NCBI GenBank assembly: GCA_031367385.1
Contig: JANLPS010000080.1
Location: forward strand, 1-49,057
Origin: Archangium sp.
GTDB taxonomy: Bacteria; Myxococcota; Myxococcia; Myxococcales; Myxococcaceae
DNA: 49,057 nt
Direction of reading: 5' to 3'
The translations under genes and the position numbers were made by a program. Position 1 is the stretch's first letter, and each line of letters starts with the position of its first letter. The notes beneath the pieces were generated by a model that saw only the letters and a list, made by a program, of their open reading frames with translations, did not search any database and was not told where the DNA came from. Positions 38,219 to 48,054 of this stretch are shown piece after piece.

Positions 38219-39888
38219 TCAACGCAAACACACGTCGACACAGAGGTTGCGCTCGCACGCATTGGAGGCGCAGTCGAAGTCAAACTGGCACGAGGCACCG
38301 CCAGGGCGCGGCGCGACACACTTCGTGCCATCGCAGCTCAGCCCGACATCACAATGGCTGCCGATCGCTGCGCACCCAGCGTCGAGTTGCAGCAACGGCT
38401 GGCAGGTCGTGCCAACTCCGTAGGCGCAGGTCGAATCTCGCCGGCAGAGCGCACTCGGGCAGGGTTGACCGCGCACAGGCAGTGCCCCACATTCGCGACC
38501 CCATCTGAGACGCCGAGGCACTGCAGCCCCGTCGCGCACCAAAAGTCTTCGCGACATGGAGTACCAGCCGCCAGTGGAGGCAGACACAGGCCCTTTTTCG
38601 CCGCGCTCCCGCTCGTCGTGAGACACGTCAGGCCCCGTTGGCATGCGGCGACCCCGTAGGCCGGTGCAAGCTCGTACTCAAAGCTTGGCAAAAGAGGGCA
38701 CTCGGCCCCCATGGGGAGACTGAACGACGCCAGCGACACACAGCGCCCGCCCAGACACGCCGCGGTGCCTCCCGCACACGGGTCGGCAGGCGCACCCCAG
38801 TCGTCGTTGCAGGTCTCGCCTAGCACTCGCCGTGGCGCGCACCTGCCCAGCGTCACCCCGGCGTCTGCCAGCACCAGCCCCAGACAAATATTCGGTGAGC
38901 TGTAGTTTCCGCAATCGGAGGCGGCGGCACATGGAGCTCCAAGCGCGAGTGGCCCGCATTTCGAGTCGGTCGGTCGACACAGCCCGCTCGAGCACTGGGC
39001 GCTCTTGTCACAGCTCACGTTGTCAGCCCGGGTTGCCTGGCAGGCGAACTGCCCAGCGACGGGGTACTCACAATAGCTGCCGGGCTCACACGGAGCCGCC
39101 CGACAGTCGTCTCCAACTCGCGCGAGGGCTTGGCACGTGTCGACCCGGCACCACGCGGTCGCGGGGTTGCAATATGCGAATGGCCCCGAAAACCCCTCGT
39201 TGCAGGACTGGCCGACTTCTCGAAACGGCTGGCAACTCGCACCTGAGCAGAGCTGATCGCAGCGCCCGGCGTCACACACGGTGTTGCGACAGGCATACGC
39301 GCGGGCCGTGAACACCCCTCCGAACCCCACGCCCGGCACGGTACTCGGGTTGTAAAGCTGCAGGCACGCGCTCCAATTGCTGAAGCACGTGGTGGTCGCG
39401 GCTCCGAGCTCATCGAGACACGCCTGGGCCAAGACGCTGTCGTACTCATACGCGCCGGCGGCTGCCTTGGCACACGCAACACTCAGGCTCTGCATCGCCA
39501 AGCACGAGGTTGAATTCGCCGATTCGTAGAGGCCGCACCCGGCGAAGTGTTGGCAGGCTTTTTCGGGGTATTTTGCGCAGAATTCGGCCAAGGCAATTGA
39601 CGCAGGGCCTGCGTCAGGTGCAATCAGACCCGAGTCTGCGGCGCTTGCGTCGGGTGGGCTCACCCCTGAGTCTGCGGCGCCTGCGTCATGGCGGGAGCCC
39701 GCATCGACTTCGCTGATGCCGCCGTCGTCGTCTTTGGTGACTGTGCCGCCGTCGACTTCAGTGCCACCGTCCGCGCACACTCCACTGTCGCAGGCGAACC
39801 TCTGAATGGAGCTCAAATCAATGCACACGCAGCTGGTCAGCGTTGTAACAGCCGCCCCGAGCACCACCGCCCCGTACACAGTTCGCAT
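38219..39888 (-). pseudogene. Cys-rich (Dickkopf-like repeat) lipoprotein, frameshifted near 38480
   Basis: Lipobox LTSC and DAG linker; Cys repeats switch frame after GHC and continue to VDVCLR*. Confidence 0.65.
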
Positions 39889-39897
39889 CGGGTGAAC

Positions 39898-40593
39898 CTA
39901 TGCTACCCGAGCCTCAAATCGGTACCCTACGCCACGAATCGTGTGAATGGTGAACCCGGCTTCGGGCGACCAGGCCAGCTTCTTCTTCAGGCTCGAGACG
40001 AAGTTGTCGACGGTGCGCGGGTCGACCACCAAATCGCGCCCCCAGACCTCGTTCAAAATGTCGTCGCGGGTCAATGCTCGGTCTTTATTGCGCACGAGGT
40101 ACACCAACAGGTCGAGCTCGGTGCGCGTCAGGTCGATTGGGGCGGTGGTACTTCGGCGCGTGAGGGTTCTCTTGGTGAGGTCGAGCGCGAAGTCGGCGAA
40201 CTCGAGCGTCTGCGCAGGCAACGCCGGTGGAGCGCCTCGGCGAATGAGGGCCCCGACCCGGGCCAAGAGCTCTCGCAGTCGGTACGGCTTGGTCACGTAG
40301 TCTTGAGCGCCCGCCTCGAAGCCGCGAATCACGTCGTCTTCGAGGCTGCGTGCGGTGAGCATCAAGACCGGCAGAATCATGCCCGCCCCGCGCATTCGCC
40401 GGCACCAGGTGTACCCATCTTCACCGGGCAACATCACGTCGAGAATGACGAGGTTGAAGTCGCGCTGGGCCATCGCTTGCTCAGCTTCAGTGATGCTCGC
40501 GCACGCCACGACCTCGTAGCCTTCGGCGTGCAGGTTGTACTGCAGCCCCTCGCGAAGGTTCTGATCGTCTTCAACCACTAGAATCGATGTCAT
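39898..40593 (-). CDS. OmpR/PhoB-family response regulator
   Basis: ILVVEDD, LDVMLP, LTAR, KPY; wHTH VDNFVSSLKKKL...TIRGVGYRF. Confidence 0.95.
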   Translation of the reverse strand: MTSILVVEDDQNLREGLQYNLHAEGYEVVACASITEAEQAMAQRDFNLVILDVMLPGEDGYTWCRRMRGAGMILPVLMLTARSLEDDVIRGFEAGAQDYVTKPYRLRELLARVGALIRRGAPPALPAQTLEFADFALDLTKRTLTRRSTTAPIDLTRTELDLLVYLVRNKDRALTRDDILNEVWGRDLVVDPRTVDNFVSSLKKKLAWSPEAGFTIHTIRGVGYRFEARVA

Positions 40594-42182
40594 GCGCGTG
40601 TCGGCCGAGCGAAGGTGAGGGCGAAGGTGGTGCCACGGGGGCTGGAGGACTCGATCGTGATGCGGCCTCCATGCAGACGCAAGATTCGTCGACACAGCGC
40701 GAGGCCAAGGCCGCTGCCGTGCACCTCGGTGCCGCTGGGTTTGAGGCGGTAGAAGTCGTGAAAGACGTTCTCCCATTCGTCACCAGCGATGCCGATGCCG
40801 TTGTCGATGAAACGAAGGGTGACGGAGCCCGCGACGTCGCGTTCGGCACGCACCGAGATCTCGACGGAGGGGCGGTCGTTGTAGGCGCAAGCGTTGCGGC
40901 CCAGGTTGATGAAGAGCAACCGCATCAGCGCTGGGTCGGCGAAGAGCTCGAGGTCGTCACCGGTCAGTGAGAGGTGCACCGGCTTGGCGCTGGCATCGGT
41001 CAGGTCGGCGCGCAGGTCGTCGACCAGCGCGTCGAGCCGGAGCACCTTGGGCTCCGCGACCCAGCGGCCTTTCGTGACCTGATTGAACGACAGAATGTTC
41101 TCGACCAGAAAGTGCAGGCCGTCGGCGACGCGCACGATGCGACCGGGGAACTGCTTGATGGTCTCGTCGAAGGCGCCAGTGCCGCTCCGCTCGAGCGTCT
41201 CAGCAAGGAGTCGAATCGAGGCGAGCGGTGTGCGCAGCTCATGCGAGACGGTCGCCACGAAGTCGCTCTTCAGCTCGAGAAAACGCTCTTTGCGTCGCTG
41301 CCCCAGAATGCCGAACACCGTCAGCGCGATTGCCAGCAGCCCGCAGACGATGACCATCGCGTTCTTGAGGCCGTATCTCCGCGCGAGCTCGGCTTCGGCG
41401 AGCCCGACGAGGCGCAGGTCGGCGTTCACCTCCAAGAGGTTCATTCGCTGCACCGGGTCGACTTCGACGCTGAGCCGATCGTCGGCAGAGAGCACTCCCT
41501 CGGCGCGGAGCCGGCGCGAGACTTCGCTGAGCATCTGATCAAGCGGGGCTTCGATGCCGCGATCGTCATCGGGAGTGACCGGTTCGACGTACCAGGTCTG
41601 ACGAAACAGGGTCGGGCCGGCGAATCTCGAGGGCAGAACGGGCACTCCGGTCTCGAGCTCGTGCAGGGCCTTCACGAAACGTTCGGTTGGCTCGCGGTGC
41701 TCGTGAGATCGTTCGAGGATCTTCGATGCAAGAAAGTCGAAGTCGGGCTGCGAGAGCTCGCTGGCTTCGCGCAGCAGGTGTTGCTGGAGATCTCCGTCGG
41801 GAACCTGCCCGGACAGGATGGCCCATCCGAGGCCGCAGGCTTCTCCGTTCTTGAAGCCGTGCATCACCGGCGCCTCATCGACCGCGCGCGGCCGCACCAT
41901 GCTGGGCAGCTCCATGTGGCCGGAGTGAACCCACAACGCGCGTGGGTCGCGCTCGAGTGGGTCGGGCGATGCGGTGCGAATCGACTCGCGCAAAGTGCTC
42001 GCATACAGCGCGCGGAGCTCATCAGCCGCACGTTGGGCGACCGCGCGACGTTGACTCGTGAGCTGCGCCTTCGCCGCCTCGTTCTCCTCAGCGAACATGC
42101 GCTGCAAGGTGACGAGGCCCCACGCCAGGGCGATGAGACCAACACCAAGCGCAACGAATGCGGGAAGAAGCCGGCGGAACAC
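40590..42182 (-). CDS. sensor histidine kinase
   Basis: Two TM helices; SHELRTPL H-box, NACAY, DNGIGI, GSGLGL. Confidence 0.93.
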   Translation of the reverse strand: MFRRLLPAFVALGVGLIALAWGLVTLQRMFAEENEAAKAQLTSQRRAVAQRAADELRALYASTLRESIRTASPDPLERDPRALWVHSGHMELPSMVRPRAVDEAPVMHGFKNGEACGLGWAILSGQVPDGDLQQHLLREASELSQPDFDFLASKILERSHEHREPTERFVKALHELETGVPVLPSRFAGPTLFRQTWYVEPVTPDDDRGIEAPLDQMLSEVSRRLRAEGVLSADDRLSVEVDPVQRMNLLEVNADLRLVGLAEAELARRYGLKNAMVIVCGLLAIALTVFGILGQRRKERFLELKSDFVATVSHELRTPLASIRLLAETLERSGTGAFDETIKQFPGRIVRVADGLHFLVENILSFNQVTKGRWVAEPKVLRLDALVDDLRADLTDASAKPVHLSLTGDDLELFADPALMRLLFINLGRNACAYNDRPSVEISVRAERDVAGSVTLRFIDNGIGIAGDEWENVFHDFYRLKPSGTEVHGSGLGLALCRRILRLHGGRITIESSSPRGTTFALTFARPTRA

Positions 42183-42431
42183 GGGAGCTCAGAGCATACC
42201 GTTCATGTCGAGGACTCGAACCTTCCTGTTTCATTGGGTTCTTCCCAGTCGCGCAGGCCCCGGCGGTTTCCACGTGACGGGTTTGAGACACAAGCGCCAC
42301 CGAGGCGACGCTCAGCACTCGCCCGGTCACGCCGAGTTGCGCGCTCGTGACCGAGCAATGCCCCAACTGTCACCGTGAATTCGAACCCGCAGAGGTATTT
42401 CGCTCTCGCACTTTACGAAAGGGCATTACCC

Positions 42432-43595
42432 ATGAACCGAATCGCTCTCACCGCATCGTTGGCGCTCTTTTCAAGCGCTGCCTTTGCGGCTCCCTGCAGC
42501 GCGCTGGTGAACCCCGTCTACATCACGGGTTCCAGCGCGGTGAAACCCATCTTGGCGGCCGTCTCGGCGCCACTTCTCGCCGGCACGCCGTCGGTGACCA
42601 TCGTCTACAAATCGCAAGGCTCGTGCGCCGGCGTTGATGCCATCGCCAACGGCACCGTCATCCCCGCGGGTGCGGCGTCGTACTGGGTCGCTGGAGTCGA
42701 ATCGACCTGTGACCTGCCTGGCACCGGCATCGCCGCCGACATCGGCGCTTCAGACGTCTACGCCGACACCTGCGGCATCACGCTCGACGCGGCCAAGGGC
42801 GAGTTCTCAGGCCCGATTCAAGTCATGAACTTCATCGTGCCGGTCGGCTCGAACGAGAGCGCGATCAGCGAAGAGGCCGCCAACGTGCTCTTCAAGTTCG
42901 GCGGCGTGAACAAGGTCGTCGCGCCGTGGAGCAACAAAGACTTCTTCTTCATGCGCCCCGACAGCTCAGGCACCAAGCAGATGATCGCCAAGGCGATTGG
43001 CCTGCCCGCCGCGAGCTGGATCGGCACCAGCAAAGCCGGCTCAGGCGACGTGCTCTCGGCGGTCGGCGGCTCGACCAGCCCGGCGACCACCATCGGCATC
43101 TTGGCGTCAGACCTCGCAGACAAGAGCCGCGACAAGGTCAAAGTCTTGGCCTACCAGGCGAAGAACCAGCTGTGCGGCTACCGACCCGATCTCGGCGCGG
43201 GCACCTTCGACAAGAAGAACGTACGCGACGGGCACTACCCCATCTGGGGGCCGGTGCACTTGCTCGCTTCGAAGACTGGCGACATCGCGACGAATGTGAA
43301 TGCACGCGCGGTGATCGACTTCTTGGGCATGAAGGCCACTGCCGAAGCCGACGTGAAGATCGTGATCAACGCGATCAGCGCTGCCTACTCGGTGCCTGAC
43401 TGCGCGATGAACGTGAAGCGCACCACCGAGATGGGAGCGCTCTCGTCGTACCAGCCCGACCGCCCCTGCGGTTGCTACTTCGAAAGCAAGAACGGCGGGG
43501 CTTCGGCCAGCTGCCACATCTGCACCACCAACACCGAGTGCGCGACTGTTCCTGGCGCTCCGACCTGCCGTTACGGCTTCTGCGAGGCGAAATAA
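42432..43595 (+). CDS. PstS-like (PBP2) substrate-binding protein with Cys-rich C-terminus
   Basis: Signal ending AFA; ITGSSA, QGSCAG, ADIGASD, RPDSSGT, GHYPIW. Confidence 0.75.
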   Translation: MNRIALTASLALFSSAAFAAPCSALVNPVYITGSSAVKPILAAVSAPLLAGTPSVTIVYKSQGSCAGVDAIANGTVIPAGAASYWVAGVESTCDLPGTGIAADIGASDVYADTCGITLDAAKGEFSGPIQVMNFIVPVGSNESAISEEAANVLFKFGGVNKVVAPWSNKDFFFMRPDSSGTKQMIAKAIGLPAASWIGTSKAGSGDVLSAVGGSTSPATTIGILASDLADKSRDKVKVLAYQAKNQLCGYRPDLGAGTFDKKNVRDGHYPIWGPVHLLASKTGDIATNVNARAVIDFLGMKATAEADVKIVINAISAAYSVPDCAMNVKRTTEMGALSSYQPDRPCGCYFESKNGGASASCHICTTNTECATVPGAPTCRYGFCEAK

Positions 43596-43598
43596 CTT

Positions 43599-43880
43599 AT
43601 GAAAGCTCTTCGATTGACGATGTTGGGTCTTGGTGCGGCGCTGGCCATGGTTGCGTGCGGCAGCCCTTCAACCACAGTTGACGGTGGCACCGGTGGCGGC
43701 TCGGGCGGCGGCACTGGTGGTGGCGGAGGCTCGATGGCTGTCGACTCCGGCACCGTGTGTACCCCTGACGCGGGCACCTGCAATTCGTGCCTCGCCGCTG
43801 GTGCCGACCTCGGCAACCAGTGCGTCGCTGGCACCGGCAACTGCATTCACTTCGACAACTCGCGCGTTCCGGCGCCCTGA
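43599..43880 (+). CDS. small Gly/Cys-rich lipoprotein
   Basis: Lipobox VACG, Gly linker, C-terminal Cys cluster. Confidence 0.75.
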   Translation: MKALRLTMLGLGAALAMVACGSPSTTVDGGTGGGSGGGTGGGGGSMAVDSGTVCTPDAGTCNSCLAAGADLGNQCVAGTGNCIHFDNSRVPAP

Positions 43881-43919
43881 GGTCTGACCGATGACGCGAC
43901 GTGGTTCGACAGGCTCACC

Positions 43920-45245
43920 ATGAGAGTTCCGCACATGATGGTGGCGGCGCTCACGGCGCTGCTCTCTGGGTCGGTCTTCGCGCAGGTCGAAGACGTCGAT
44001 GGCGGAGCTTCGTCGGGTGAAGTCGATGCGGGTGAGGCGAGGGTTCTTCCGGCCGAGCGGGGGCCCTCGCTCTTCACCTCGATCACCGATGGGCTGGCGG
44101 TCACCGGGTATGCCCAGGCGCAGTACGAGATGCATCAAGACTCGGTCGAGCAGCTTCGACAGGGCTCGAATGTGTTGAACCAAGACCGCTTTTTGCTGCG
44201 TCGCGGCCGCGTGCGCGTCACCGGCACGTGGGAGTACGCGCAGATCGTGCTCGAGGTCGATGGCAACACGACCCGTGCACCGGTGTTCGGCTTTCGCAAG
44301 GCTGAGGTGTCACTGAAGTGGCGCGCATCGACCGACCCGGGTGCATTGGCGTTGATGCTCACCGGTGGCCTGTTCGACGTGCCGTTCGGCGCCGAGCTGG
44401 TCGAGTCTCCGCGGTACCGCCCGTTCATGGAGCGCTCGCTCGCCTCACGTGCGCTCTTCCCCGGCGAGCCGGATTTGGGCGTGCGGTTGTCGTTGTCGTG
44501 GTCGTTTCTGCGGTTGACCGCGGCGGTGGTGAATGGTGAGCCGATTGACGAGCCCAGCGCGTTCACCTTGCGAGATGCGAACAAGGGCAAAGACATCGTC
44601 TTTCGCGCTGGCGTTGACACCAAGCCGACAGAGCACTTGCACGTGACAGGCGGCCTGTCGGGTCTGACCGGCTGGGGCTTTCACGCGGGCTCCGATGTGA
44701 GCAAAGGGTACGTCGAGTGGAGAGACCTGAATGAAGACGGGCAGGTGCAGCAGTACGAGCTGACTCCGGTGGTGGCGGCGTCGGTCGACCCGTCGGTGAG
44801 CTTCGCGCGCTGGGCCACGGCGATTGATGCAGCCGTCTCGCTCGACTGGCGCTGGGGCACCACGTCGCTGAGCGGAGAGCTGGTGCTGGCGACGAACCTC
44901 GACCGCGGGTTTCTGCCTGCAGACCCCACGGTGCTGAGCGTCGATGCACGTGAGCTGGGGTGGCATGTGCGCTTGATTCATGAGTTTCAGAAGTGGGCGG
45001 TGATCGGCGTTCGGTTCGATCAGTACAACCCGTCGATCGACTTCTTCGACAACCGCAAAGGCAAGCTCATCGGCTCGGTACAGACGGTGTCGACGGTGTC
45101 GCCGCTGATCGGGTTCAAGGTGCCGCATGGCCGGCTGTACCTGCAATACGACGTGATCGTCGATCGCCTTGCGCGTGGCACCGATGGGGTGCCGAGTGAC
45201 CTTCGCAACGACACGTTCACGGCGCGCCTCCAGGTGGATTTATGA
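43920..45245 (+). CDS. outer membrane porin, OprO/OprP-like
   Basis: GYAQAQY, RFLLRRGRV, GLFDVPFG.E, FMERS; ends RLQVDL. Confidence 0.75.
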   Translation: MRVPHMMVAALTALLSGSVFAQVEDVDGGASSGEVDAGEARVLPAERGPSLFTSITDGLAVTGYAQAQYEMHQDSVEQLRQGSNVLNQDRFLLRRGRVRVTGTWEYAQIVLEVDGNTTRAPVFGFRKAEVSLKWRASTDPGALALMLTGGLFDVPFGAELVESPRYRPFMERSLASRALFPGEPDLGVRLSLSWSFLRLTAAVVNGEPIDEPSAFTLRDANKGKDIVFRAGVDTKPTEHLHVTGGLSGLTGWGFHAGSDVSKGYVEWRDLNEDGQVQQYELTPVVAASVDPSVSFARWATAIDAAVSLDWRWGTTSLSGELVLATNLDRGFLPADPTVLSVDARELGWHVRLIHEFQKWAVIGVRFDQYNPSIDFFDNRKGKLIGSVQTVSTVSPLIGFKVPHGRLYLQYDVIVDRLARGTDGVPSDLRNDTFTARLQVDL

Positions 45246-46174
45246 GTGCGCGGCGAGAGCCTCCAGGAGCGGCCACCTGCTTGTTTCTCAGCTGTTTGCT
45301 GATTGCCTGCGGCCCGGCCGACCCCTTCGGTACTGCCGAGCCGTTTCAAGTGCGTGGCGGCCAGTTCTTCAAGGGCGCGCTGCCGACGGCTTCGGTCGAC
45401 GCACCCGCTGTCACCTTCTTGTCGATGCAAAACGCCGTGGTCCTGCCGGGCCAGGCCGCCAAGCGCCTCTCCGCACGGGCCAACACCGCGACTTCTTCGC
45501 TGGCCCTGGCGCTCAGCGACTCAGGCACCGGCTACTGGGTGGTGCCGCTCGGCCCCGAAGACCCCCAATACGTTGGCGAATTCACGGTGGAGTCATCAAT
45601 CGACTTCGGCCTCTCACTCGCCGAAGGCCCGCACCTCATTCGCGCGGTGCCGATTGACGAGCAGCACCGGGCCGGCGCCGAAGCCCAGACCAGCGTGTGC
45701 GTTGCCTCGCGAATCCCCGACAACCAGCACGTCTGCAACCCTGACGCGGTGGTGCCCGACGCGGTGATCTCCCTGCAGTGGGACTCGCGTTCAGATGTCG
45801 ACCTGGTGGTGACGACGCCAGAAGGTCGTGAAGTGTCGCCAAAGCGCCCGACCGTGGTGCCAACCGACACCCGCCCGACGGCCGAGGCCGCGGTCATCGA
45901 CCGAGATTCGGTGTTCGCCTGCCAAGAAGACGGTCTTCGACAAGAAGACCTGGTCTTTCAGAATCGCCCCGTTGGCGCCTTTCGCGTCGCAGCCTCGCTG
46001 TTCGATCTCTGCCAGGCCCCGGGCGTTCGATTTCGCCTGCGCGTCTTCGAAGCAGAAGGCGAGGGCGCCGAGCGCCACCTCGTCGAAAAAGATTCGTTCG
46101 TCGGTCAATTCACGCCGATCGAAGCCACCGGAGGCCTCACCGCTCCGGTTCTCATCACCACCTGGACGTTTTGA
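45242..46174 (+). CDS. lipoprotein with YfaP/DUF2135-like domain
   Basis: Lipobox IACG; ISLQWD..SDVDLVV.TPEG motif. Confidence 0.65.
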   Translation: MSARREPPGAATCLFLSCLLIACGPADPFGTAEPFQVRGGQFFKGALPTASVDAPAVTFLSMQNAVVLPGQAAKRLSARANTATSSLALALSDSGTGYWVVPLGPEDPQYVGEFTVESSIDFGLSLAEGPHLIRAVPIDEQHRAGAEAQTSVCVASRIPDNQHVCNPDAVVPDAVISLQWDSRSDVDLVVTTPEGREVSPKRPTVVPTDTRPTAEAAVIDRDSVFACQEDGLRQEDLVFQNRPVGAFRVAASLFDLCQAPGVRFRLRVFEAEGEGAERHLVEKDSFVGQFTPIEATGGLTAPVLITTWTF

Positions 46175-46196
46175 TTCAACAAGGGAGCTGAACGAC

Positions 46197-46916
<720 letters not shown>

Positions 46917-46919
46917 GTC

Positions 46920-47333
46920 ATGGCTGCTGCGCTCTCGAGTGGCAAAGGCCGTCGCGGTGGCATCGTCGGCATCAACGTCACCCCGATGGTCGACGTGGTG
47001 CTGGTGTTGCTCGTGATCATGATGGTGTCGGCCACCTACATCGTCTCGCAGAACCTGCAGGTCGAGCTGCCGAAGAGTCAGTCATCTGACGAGCCGGTCT
47101 CGACGGTGACGCAGGTGTCGATTGCGAAAGACGGCAAGCTGGGGTTCAACGGCACGCCGATCGACGAAGCCGGGCTGGTCTCGCAGCTGAAGACCGCCAT
47201 CGCCGGCAACCCCGACTTGAGCCTGGTGATCGCCGCTGACGCTGCCGCGCAACATGGCGCCGTGGTGCACGTGATCGACCTGTCGAAGCGCGAGGGCATC
47301 ACCAAGTTCGCCATCAACATCGAACGGGAGTGA
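46920..47333 (+). CDS. exbD: ExbD/TolR biopolymer transport protein
   Basis: INVTPMVDVVLVLLVIMMV and IAAD motifs. Confidence 0.93.
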   Translation: MAAALSSGKGRRGGIVGINVTPMVDVVLVLLVIMMVSATYIVSQNLQVELPKSQSSDEPVSTVTQVSIAKDGKLGFNGTPIDEAGLVSQLKTAIAGNPDLSLVIAADAAAQHGAVVHVIDLSKREGITKFAINIERE

Positions 47334-47337
47334 CCCC

Positions 47338-48054
47338 ATGGCCGCGGCTGCGTCACTTCATGCACCGAAGACAACGAGCACTCCGAGATGGGTGCTGTAC
47401 GCGGTCAGCGCGATCGCCCACGTTGCGTTGGCGGTGCTGATCTTCGCGTACCCGGTTCACAAGCCGAAGAAATTCGAGAAGGTGGCGGTCGCGATTCACG
47501 AGACCAAAAAGGCGAAGCCGCCTGAACCGGTGAAGCCGCCCGAGCCTCCGAAGGCCGAGCCGCCTCCACCGCCCGCTCCGAAGGCGGCGGCTCCGAAGGC
47601 TCTGGCACCTCCCAAGGCGGCTCCGGCCGCGGCGCCGGCAGCGGTCGCGTCGGCGGTGCCTGATCTCGGCATGGTGGGTGGCGGGCCCGGCGGCAACGGG
47701 CCGGTGCTCCCTGCCGCGGGTGGGCCGACCCGAGAGGCCGATTCAAGCAAGCCTCCGGCGCCTCATGACGAGTGCGCTGAAGGGCCGACCAAGGCCAAGC
47801 GCGTCGAGGGGCCACAGCCGACCTACACGCAAGAGGCGCGGGAGGCCGAGGTCGAAGGCGTGGTGAAGATCGAGGTCACCATCGACGAGAGCGGCAAGGT
47901 GGTCTCGGCGAAGATCGTCGTGAGCCTCGGGCATGGGCTCGATGAAGCGGCGCTCGAGGCGGCTAGAGAATGGCAGTTCGAGGCGGCCACCCGGTGCGGC
48001 AAGGCCATCGCGGGGTCATCGACCTTGCCGTTTCGCTTCAAGTTGGATTCGTGA
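47338..48054 (+). CDS. tonB: TonB energy transducer
   Basis: S..AH TM helix, PK-rich linker, YTQEAREAEVEG...LDEAA. Confidence 0.9.
   Translation: MAAAASLHAPKTTSTPRWVLYAVSAIAHVALAVLIFAYPVHKPKKFEKVAVAIHETKKAKPPEPVKPPEPPKAEPPPPPAPKAAAPKALAPPKAAPAAAPAAVASAVPDLGMVGGGPGGNGPVLPAAGGPTREADSSKPPAPHDECAEGPTKAKRVEGPQPTYTQEAREAEVEGVVKIEVTIDESGKVVSAKIVVSLGHGLDEAALEAAREWQFEAATRCGKAIAGSSTLPFRFKLDS

Noticed and set aside
40974..42350. Long antisense ORFs (also 12314-13306, 13971-14855, 47823-48962 and others)
   Set aside because: Shadow frames of well-supported genes, as expected in high-GC DNA
29..42383. Scattered CGTGAATT matches to the array core (near 29, 2188, 18730, 42374)
   Set aside because: Isolated half-matches with no periodicity; likely chance
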